Shown: piece after piece, positions 36,140 to 45,242 of the stretch
How the letters are laid out: every line of letters begins with the position of its first letter
Numbering within the stretch: the first letter of the stretch is position 1
Assembly: GCF_001194135.2 (NCBI RefSeq)
Contig: NC_068984.1
Coordinates: forward strand, 67,491,329 to 67,536,570
From: Octopus bimaculoides
Taxonomy: Eukaryota
Reading direction: 5' to 3'
Length of the DNA stretch: 45,242 nt
Notes under the pieces: model-generated
Databases searched by the model: none
What the model was told of the DNA's origin: nothing
The model's input: the letters and a program-made list of their open reading frames with translations, nothing else
Made by a program: the position numbers and the translations under genes

Positions 36140-36484
36140 CGTATATGTATATATAAGCATGTGCATCTATGCAAATATATGTATACTTCTGCATGTATGT
36201 GTGTGTGTGTAAATATATATATATACATATATCAAGCATGCATACACACATACAGGCAGAGGCACACACACACACATATGTTTCGCATTATACATATGTA
36301 AAAGGGAAACGTTATTTTCGTCAATGTAATTTTAACGTCTAATTAAATTCATTCGAATCCTTACATATTGGTATTTCTGTCATTGGGTGGGAAAAGATAA
36401 AACAAAACTGAATAATATGAACAGAAAATTAAAAACAACAAAAGGTAACAAGTGTTCATTTTGTTCCATACGTTTACAACATAG

Positions 36485-36708
36485 GTAAAAGACTTAATCA
36501 TGAAACAGTTACATGTTTGTTGATAATGTTTGCAACTGACGATAATGTTACTGATGTCAATCACCTACGAAAACACAAATTAGCCTTGCGGACAAAGACA
36601 AACAACAGGATGAAATCAGCATGTTTTGCGAATATACTTTGGAGTTTTTTTGCTCTGATAACAACATGTGTTGGAATGTTTTGTTTTTCGTTCTTGAAGG
36701 AATTGCAG
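36485..36708 (+). CDS. Best candidate exon (phase 1-0), encodes a predicted transmembrane segment
   Basis: ttcattttgttccatacgtttacaacatag|...GCAG|gtaagt; 224 nt, open frame xKRLNHETVTCLLIMFATDDNVTDVNHLRKHKLALRTKTNNRMKSACFANILWSFFALITTCVGMFCFSFLKELQ. Confidence 0.45.
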
Positions 36709-37096
36709 GTAAGTTCTCTATGCATCTAATGTATCTACCGTGGTATTCCTTCATTCATTGATAGTCTGATTACAAGAGTAACGAACAACTCTATGCCGCT
36801 GGCTTTAGACACAGGTACAAGAAAACTTGTTCATACATATTTTTTCTGATGATAATGTGATTAAGAGGAGGTGAGATGTTATAAGTAATTTTACTTATGC
36901 AAGACTGTTTGCTTTTTTTTTTCTCTTCTTTCATTTGTCATCTCCCAATAATATATAAGATTTGCTATTTTCAGAATGGAAAAGAAGCAAATAAAAGTGA
37001 ATCGGTGAATCTCTCTCTTCCACTCTCTCTCCCTCTCTCTCATGCACACACACACACACGCACACACACACACACACACACACGCACACACACACG

Positions 37097-37140
<44 letters not shown>

Positions 37141-37150
37141 NNNNNNNNNN

Positions 37151-37189
<39 letters not shown>

Positions 37190-37213
37190 CCACATATATA
37201 TATATATATATAA

Positions 37214-37254
<41 letters not shown>

Positions 37255-37974
37255 AAGATAGGTAGTTCTGTATACATATATACACACACACAGACACACA
37301 GACACACACACACACGCTCATACACATATATCTATGCATATATAAACATACCTATAAATGTGTACTTTTATGTTTAAATAACTATTATACAAAAAATTAT
37401 ATTTGTATAAGCTTAAGACAACCGAATGTTTGCTGTTGATCACGATCGTAAATCTAATTCATCCGAATAAATAACAATAAAGTTATCTATATTGTACTTT
37501 ATTTTGTTTCATATTGTCTACTACATATGTGCACATAAATTTACTGCGTGGCTTGCTGACGTATTACATTCAAATCAAAACGGCTGTTTGTACTATGTCC
37601 AATAAACTACTGCTATGAAGTGTGATTATATATAGTAAGGTGTGTGGGCAGACGAAAGATACTGGTTCTTCTCGATTATAGAGTTTTACACTTAAGGAGC
37701 CTTGTAAGATAATTCCCTAATTTATTTTTCTGTTTACTTAAGAGTATAAAGGGATAGTCTCTCCATCTTTACAGTTTCGGAGATACAACAATAGAGGTAT
37801 CTCAGTTATTACACACGCTTCAAGCATTCTGCATGCACCTGCATATAAATAATTACCTATCTATATATGTATATGCTCTCATCAGTTTTTAGTTATCTAA
37901 ATTCTCCCTGTGAGGAAGGAGTTGATTTCTAAAAGATATAAAGCTCCATCGTTGGAATATAGATAGCAATGTCA

Positions 37975-38365
37975 CTTTTAAACTTGAGAAAAGTCTTGCA
38001 TATTGTTATTGTTCAACTTGCACATTGATATTTCTAATGTGCGAGTTAGTAGTTAGATTTGTTTTGTTTTTTTTTTCTGAAAATTCACGATCATCCAGAA
38101 TGTCAGTTAGGCATTTAATCACAAAACAAAGGGCACTAGTTATTATTTGTATAAATGTAAATTTGCAATCTGAATATAGAAACTGGAGTCTCGAAGCAGT
38201 TGTCTATAGTTATCTACTCTCTCTTTGAAGTTCAAAGACATATTCACATCAGCAGGACAACTGACCTCTATGACTGTACATACACTTTCTAGTCTGTCAC
38301 AAACAGCAATATCCAATATGTTAAGCTTATACTTGACTGATACTTTGATGGGTATGTTCCAAAAG
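37975..38365 (-). mobile_element. RLE domain / 3' end of an R4-like non-LTR retrotransposon, decayed
   Basis: EYFWNIPIKVSVKYKLNILDIAVCDRLESVCTVIEVSCPADVNMSLNFKERVDNY (decayed PD..E..K), then IITSAL and TITICKTFLKF*. Truncated by a (CA)n tract. Confidence 0.75.
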
Positions 38366-38383
38366 TATTCCACACACACACAG

Positions 38384-38415
<32 letters not shown>

Positions 38416-38452
38416 ACACACACACACACATTAATATTTAGCAGAAGTAACA

Positions 38453-38770
38453 GAGTAAACTGAAGGTCCCATAGTTTCGTGAGTTAACACTTATCAACAT
38501 TTGACAAGTGCTAAGTTACTCTCGGCCCTCATGTCATACAGTTAACCCTGGCAAATATTAATTCTACACATACACCGACATGCATACGCGCACACACACA
38601 CACATACACACACATGCATATGCGCACGCACACACACACATACACACACATGCATACGCGCACGCACGCACACACACACACGCACACACACACCCACGCA
38701 CGCACACACACACACACACACACAGACACACACATACATAATCATATCTACTAACTTTATATGAGATATG
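38453..38770 (+). repeat. Copy 1 of a diverged direct duplication (copy 2 at 40005-40225)
   Basis: About 113 bp unique segment at about 80% identity, then a CA-rich microsatellite and a shared ataatcatatctac..ttatatgag.tatg tail. Confidence 0.75.
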
Positions 38771-39314
38771 TGAAAGAAATAGCGATGAATTAAATTTATA
38801 CGCGCTGCAAACACTATTAACAAAGTGCAAGACGAAATTTCCATTATTTTTAGTGCTTACAATGCGGTATACAATAAACACCCCACCCCCTTTGCCGAAG
38901 CTCTACAAGATTGAACCGAAGCTGTGCNNNNNNNNNNNNNNNNNNNNNNNNNNNNNNNNNNNNNNNNNNNNNNNNNNNNNNNNNNNNNNNNNNNNNNNNN
39001 NNNNNNNNNNNNNNNNNNNNNNNNNNNNNNNNNNNNNNNNNNNNNNNNNNNNNNNNNNNNNNNNNNNNNNNNNNNNNNNNNNNNNNNNNNNNNNNNNNNN
39101 NNNNNNNNNNNNNNNNNNNNNNNNNNNNNNNNNNNNNNNNNNNNNNNNNNNNNNNNNNNNNNNNNNNNNNNNNNNNNNNNNNNNNNNNNNNNNNNNNNNN
39201 NNNNNNTATATATATATATATACACATATATGTATGTATGTATAAAAAGAAAGAGAGAGAGAGAGAGAGAGAGACGAGCAGGCGCATGCACACACACCTA
39301 TATAGATATATATA

Positions 39315-39540
39315 CAGGGTGTAGCAAATACATATACACTTTACAGTTTATGTATATTTTACTATGTTAAACTCGTAGATGCATGCTCCAAAGGGCATCC
39401 ATCGAAATCTCTTCAGAACACAATGACACTGGATTCAACACTAATTTCTATCTGCATCTTTCTGAATAAACTCTTCCCAGATAGAGTCTTTTAATTCATA
39501 CACTGTCTGGGAATTTCTCTCGTAAACATCATTCTTTACC
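39315..39540 (-). mobile_element. 3' fragment of a Tc1/mariner-superfamily transposon with one TIR
   Basis: TA-CAGGGTG terminus at 39313-39321. Minus strand VKNDVYERNSQTVYELKDSIWEEF matches the LKxxVYxxKPxTxxELKxxI C-terminal pattern. Confidence 0.55.
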
Positions 39541-40004
39541 CCCCCCCCATTAAAAAGACCATTGGTGTTAAGTTCTTTGAACTTGGTGGTCATTCGATGC
39601 CGCTACGTAATCTGATCGATTGTTCTAGTAAGGTACATTTAAGGTAACCCCTTACTACCCAGTATTATGAAGAGGCACTCCATTTTGTTAGTAAAACAAT
39701 TTGGAGAAGTTAGCTCTGAGTTGGTTCTGAGTTGGGGCATTACCACGTGGCCCAACCTTTTTAGGTTATTGTTACAATCTAGAATACCATCAAAGGCAAT
39801 CGAGTCTATAACACAGTTACCACCTTAAATATCATGAAAGCAATTTCGTGTATACGACTAAAACTAAAAGGCGTCGAAATTCTCTAAACGGCTGAGGAAA
39901 TTCCTGTAGAATCAAGTAATAAGACTTATTTGTGTTAACTTTTCCATCTTTCCCTAACTACATCATCCCCTTACATCTACATTTTAAACTTCTTGTTACA
40001 AACT

Positions 40005-40225
40005 GAGTAACTGAAGGGTCCATGCTTTCGTGCATTAACACTTACCAACATTTCACAAATGCTAAGACACTTTCGGCCCTAGAGTCATACACTTATTTCT
40101 GGCAAATATTAGTTCTAAACACACGCACACACACACACATACACACGCATACATCTCCCTGCACGCGCGCACACACACACACAAATATATATATAATCAT
40201 ATCTACAATCCTTATATGAGTTATG
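40005..40225 (+). repeat. Copy 2 of the diverged direct duplication
   Basis: Aligns to 38453-38770. Confidence 0.75.
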
Positions 40226-42250
40226 CCTTATATCACCCTTGATAATAAAACTATAAGATAAAATAAGTTTCAACCGTAAAGATTTAATCACTTTTGAATG
40301 TCGGAAAGAAGAGTGACCAACATCTTTTGGGAAGGTATTCCTCATTCGATATATTATTCAAAGGCTATTCTCTTTATGAAGTGAGTAATAGGGCTGTGTT
40401 CTTGTGCGCTAGTTTCATTTCTCTGTTAATTCTAGATAACTGCATTTGTCTGATTCATCTTTTCAGACGCCTAAACACGTACATTTCGAAATGAAATGCT
40501 GTAAATTTATTAAGTAAGTTGAAGTAAAATGCCCAATGAAAATAATAAAAATTTTAAGATGAAAATATTCTTTCAAAATAAGTGAGATCTGTAATAGAGA
40601 AGAAGTCGACAGAGGAAATAATATTGATATATTACTATTGAAATATTTAAAATGATGGGTTATCATGTCTGATCCAATGTAAAATCATATGAACAGAAAT
40701 TACACTCCAAATTGAAATGAACGACTTCGTATTCTTACAAAATAAAAACATTTCACTTGAATTGCATAGTTATTGTTTAACGTAAACAAGATTCAGCTGC
40801 CTAGTAATCTCTACTTTAACTTCTTTAGACTCAACATATCTCCTCAATTACTCAAGGTAGCAAGTTAAAGACGACGGAGGCTGTACGTAGTCGTTCGACC
40901 TTTAGAAATATCAGCTAAATTCCCTTAACGGTCACATTCAATAATACACATAAATATATTTTAAAAACGTTAGCTGGAGTTATCATTACTGGAACAACTT
41001 CTATCATCGATCTGCTTTGTAAGAGATGATCCAAGTATAAACAAATTCAAAAATTCCCAGTGGGGTACCGGGATAATAGTAGTGTAAAATCCTAAATTTT
41101 AAAGGTTACTCCGTATATGTGATCATGATCCTATGGTTATCGAAGCACGTTCGTTTGTCTCCATATATCTCTTAATTGTATCTCCTTTCGTATTAGCAAT
41201 AGTTATATATCAATGACTAACATTTAAAATTAAATTAAAAGTAATTAAGATAATTAGAAATGCCGTCAAAAGTCACGATAGCAATATTTAAATGTCATAC
41301 AAGGTCATTTCATAAAGCACAAGCTATACGAGTCGATTGTAGTAATTCTGTGTTCTTTCCGTTATATAGTTTAAATTATTTAAAACATTTAAAAGTTGTT
41401 TTTTTTATTTAAATAGTAACATCGTTTCATTAAAACACCGTGAACTGTATATTGTGTATTTGAATAATTTTTGAACATTATGAAACTTCAAGCACTATCT
41501 CGTATCAAAACAAAATAGTTTTGCGATTTAGAATGAATTTAAAATAGATGTTTCGTTCCATTTTCTTGGTGTATTACCATTAATGACCGTTGAAGTCAGC
41601 AAGACTGTTTATAATAGGGTGCTTGGCGAAATGCTTCTTTGTTTGCCCGATGAAAAAAAGCTTAATGAATAAAATATTACAAAACTGTGCTCCAATTTTG
41701 ATTTAAAGGCCGGTCTGGTCAAATGCCTAGGAAAACGGGTTCAGAGCGTAGCTTTATAACGTAGAAAACAATGACGTAAGACATTTTCATGACTATCGAA
41801 ATCCATATAAAATTTAGGAAGGACATCATTTACATTAATAAGGAAGAACCAATTTTCACATACAATTTAAAATTTTCATAGTCAACCCAAGAACGGAACA
41901 GAGGTCGCTGCTCGGCCACTAGAAATATTAACAAATTGGTTTTCCGCGCTCTCTGCCGTTCGAAAAATTGGAAGTATATATCTGAGAAATAAGGCGCGAT
42001 TTTCATGGCTGGAATGCATTTTGTCATAGGTCTACTAGGAAAGAGATGGCATGGTACCAAACATAAATATCATTTCAGAAATGATTCAACGAACTAAGCG
42101 ACATGTATAAATTTATGAATTAAGTATACGTGGTTTAAATGAATTAATACATATTTTTATAAACCAAGAACACAGTCAGTGAGGTAGAAAATAAAAATGA
42201 TTGAAATAAGTTCAAGTAGAAATGGAAAACACACCTCTTTAGTGACAACT

Positions 42251-42332
42251 CTGATGCTTAATCGTATTGTTATGGCCTGATGCTTAATCGTATTGTTATG
42301 GTCTGATGCTTAATCGTATTGTTTGTATGGTC
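42251..42332. repeat. 26-bp minisatellite, three copies
   Basis: ctgatgcttaatcgtattgttatggc / ...ggt / third copy with a small insertion; no spacers. Confidence 0.9.
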
Positions 42333-42343
42333 TTTTCCTTCAG

Positions 42344-42361
42344 AAATTTACACTGATTAAG
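42344..42361 (+). CDS. Candidate 18-nt micro-exon (phase 0-0), KFTLIK
   Basis: tggtcttttccttcag|AAATTTACACTGATTAAG|gtgagt; the other two frames contain stops. Confidence 0.25.
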
Positions 42362-44384
42362 GTGAGTACTTTTTTCACAAGCGCATACAGGTTGCTGGAG
42401 ATGCAACATTCATCTCACAATACAACAAAAATTTGTCATCGACAAAGATTCGGCGATTCCTTTCTTCGTCTTTGCATCTTCAAAGAGCACATCGAGGTTT
42501 GAAGCCTGTTACTTAGTCAAATATATCAAAGAGTTACTCTGTGAGGAAACTAGATATGAGATCGTTGAGTATTCTCAACTGCAGTGTTATATATTTGCCA
42601 GTCTGTTTGAAGAATGGGAAAATTTGCACTGGTGCATGCTTAGAATTTCGCGTCAAAAATGCCTACAGCAGAAATTTACTACTATGGTGTAACAGTCGAT
42701 GGATAAATTTACATCAAATCTTAACTTTGGGTGTTTCAGTTCAAGACGTTCATAGTCTAGCCTCATTATAGGATCTGAAGACAGTTTCAAGATGAGGCTG
42801 CATAACATACCCGAAAGTGTACCTTAATAGAGACTTCTTGGAAAATGTTGCGGAGTGGATTGACAGTTTCGAAAGGGGTGCAGTATCGCATTCTACATGT
42901 AAGTTGGGGAGCCACTTTGATATAATTTTCTGAGTCAGTTCCTCATCCTCTCTGCTATTAGCACCACCGTTCAGTCTTCAAAAATGTTCGTATAATCACT
43001 CAGACGGCGTGATGGGAAATAATACTGTATTGAACACCCTACACTAGAGTCTACATCTGCTTGAAAACATTGTATATTCTTTAGGTGACAAAGATTTCGA
43101 GTACATGTAAATGGCGAGCTGCAATAGGAACTACCACTTGTAGACAATATTCTTCAGACAAGGAGTTTTGATATTCCAAACGTGAAACAGTATAGCTCCT
43201 AAAATGAAATGCACGTGTTCCCAGTTAAAACACAGCTTATATAAGGATTAAATCAATTGACTATCTCGCTTAACGTCTGCACCTGTTCTTTAGACTTTCT
43301 TTAACCGAGTCTAATCTTTTCGGAAGCACTCAGATCAGGTTTCCTTTCTCCCTCCCTTTCACTGGTCTCGAAGGCCTTATAATAGCTGACAATACCATCA
43401 CCCATTGACTAAAGCATAAAAGAAACCTTAACAGTTTTGTTGATGGACCGCACGGAACTTTTTGGATGACTCTAATTTTGGTAAAGTTTGTTCCCTCGAC
43501 GATACTATTATTGCATTGACCTCATTTGAAGTCGTTGTAGGTCTTAGCTTTTCAAGACCTGTTTCTATATATTGGGTATCCAAGCAACGATGACTATCTT
43601 TACAAGTTTAACATTTATTAGTTTTGATCAAAACCATAAACAGAGAATCCAATGAAAAGCGAACGATTAGAGGTAATAATACGTCTCTAAAACATTATAT
43701 AAACAAATGCAAGGCTTTAGTGTTTTCTCATAAACTATAATAGTAATTTTGTTTAAACCAACGCAATATTTCCATCGCTAAATTAAAGACTAATAAATAT
43801 TATTCCCATAAATCAGGATAAATTCTGAACACTGAATACACTGCTAAAATATTGAAATTACTATATTAACTGATTAAAAATTCTAATTCATACTATTTCT
43901 TATAAACGCCCGTGGCGTTTTGCATGCATTAACATTCGAAATCATCTGTCAGTGACTAATTTCGGTTGTTGATCAAGCAACTTATTGACGAAATAAAGCT
44001 GTCATATAGTTCTGTTAATTTCGTGACCGGGTAAAGTTATTAAGAATGCAAATGCAAAGAGGAAACTGATAATATTATCACGTTAGATTTATAACATGGA
44101 ATAAATATGTCTGCCCTGACGAGAAAATTCTAATATTTCATAAAGACTTCCGTTGGTTTATCTCTTGCATATAACATTAAAATAATCTTGTCTACTTCGT
44201 ACATGAACATATTAAGTTTTCTGATATTTTATTGCACCGGTCTGGATGAACATCACTTTCTACGGAATATTCATCAAGCAATATGACAGGAACATGCCTT
44301 CTGTACGTCCAATAATAATTTTTTTTTTGTGATTTATACCCTTAATATGTATTGAAGTACTCAAGCTGGATCCTTATATATATA

Positions 44385-45005
44385 CAGACATGACGGAAGT
44401 AAATAGACAAGCCATATGACATCGTTTTATATTTATTCTAACTTGTAAAGGTCTTATATTTTTAATTCACATTTTTATATTCCAGGTTGTATATGTGATT
44501 GTTTAGGCATGTCACGTACAAAAGAAGTCTTGGAACTGTCTGAATTGCAAAGAGGCCGTATTGTAGGTCATTATGGAGGTGGACATAGCGTAAAATCGCA
44601 GAAAACCTTGGGATCCCGTTTTCTACAGTTAATAGAGTGACTGTGCAATTCACCAGAGAGACTGTGCAATTCATCACATCGCCAGATTAACCAGGGATTT
44701 CTGACATGACCCTTCTCTGTGTTAAGAGAAGTGTGGAGGATAATCCTCGTTGCAAGGCCTCTGACATAGCTGACCAAATTGATGTTAGTCCCAGAACAGC
44801 TATCAGGTATCTCCTCAAGCTTGGTTACGGTGGCAGAGCAGCAAGATGAAAGTCACTTCTTCGACCAACCTACATCATGCAGACAAACGTTTTGGTCAGT
44901 GAGATGGTGGAGACGCTACTAGTATTTTGAAACCCTGTCATATTCTCCAATGAGTCCATATTTGCTGTATTTTCGGACAGTGGTCGAATGTGGGTATGGA
45001 GACTT
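44385..45005 (+). mobile_element. 5' half of a decayed Tc1-like transposon
   Basis: TA-CAG terminus. ELSELQRGRIVG..KIAENLGIPFSTVNRV (HTH), VKRSVEDNPR, LKLGYGGRAAR*KSLL, VIFSNESIF (IFSDES, first catalytic D). Internal 14-bp duplication gactgtgcaattca at 44639 and 44660. Confidence 0.85.
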
Positions 45006-45075
45006 TATCTGTAACCATATACACTAATATATTCACGCGCATATATGCGTACTTGTGTTAATTATTGATTAGGAT

Positions 45076-45242
45076 TGGCTGTGTGGTAAGAAGCTTGTTT
45101 CCTAACCACATGTTTCCGGGTTCAGTCCCACTGCCTGGGAAATTGTGCAAGTGTCTACTACTATAGCCTCGGTCGACCAAAGCCTTGTGAGTAGATTTGG
45201 TAGACGGAAACTGAAAGAAGCCCGTCGTATATATATATATAT
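45076..45242 (+). mobile_element. tRNA-derived SINE, family B, head (runs off the window)
   Basis: tggctgtgtggtaagaagcttg...ccgggttcagtcccactg...gacggaaactgaaagaagcccgtcg followed by (TA)n. Confidence 0.85.

Noticed and set aside
3383-39370. Many listed ORFs rich in YIYI, CVCV, HTHT or ERER, or in X
   Set aside because: They are translations of dinucleotide microsatellites or run through N-gaps; no coding evidence.
42251-42332. CRISPR-like direct repeats
   Set aside because: Units are contiguous with no spacers, in eukaryotic context; it is a minisatellite.
42391-42910. About 100-codon open frame (GCWRCNIHL...) and DFLENVAEWIDSF, faintly like P-element transposase
   Set aside because: An ORF of this length is expected by chance in 45 kb, the motifs are in the wrong order for a P/THAP9 transposase, and there is no good donor.
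21561-45242. tRNA genes
   Set aside because: A/B-box-like segments do not form cloverleaves and are heads of multi-copy SINEs.

Overview
AT-rich, microsatellite-saturated animal genomic DNA from a gapped assembly (six N-runs). The SINE families, microsatellite load and TTAGGG repeat point to an octopus/cephalopod genome (inference). No intact, recognisable host gene, rRNA, tRNA gene or CRISPR array is present. The window is dominated by decayed mobile elements: R4/Dong-like restriction-like-endonuclease (RLE) LINE pieces, a Tx1/L1-like RT fragment nested in one of them, a Hero-like LINE fragment, Penelope-like (PLE) RT and GIY-YIG fragments, two near full-length mariners of different subfamilies, Tc1-like fragments, a solo LTR inside a SINE, two tRNA-derived SINE families and two foldback elements. 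The most notable structures are (1) a 582-bp foldback element with 36-bp TIRs, a perfect 8-bp TSD and a central head-to-head telomeric-repeat hairpin, and (2) a 65-bp-arm hairpin carrying a minimal hammerhead-ribozyme-like fold, with two related degenerate motifs nearby. A tentative chain of + strand exons could belong to an unannotated membrane-protein gene, but chance splice-site matches are common here and no family could be recognised. All identities are hand counts, and family labels come from motif recognition, not database searches.
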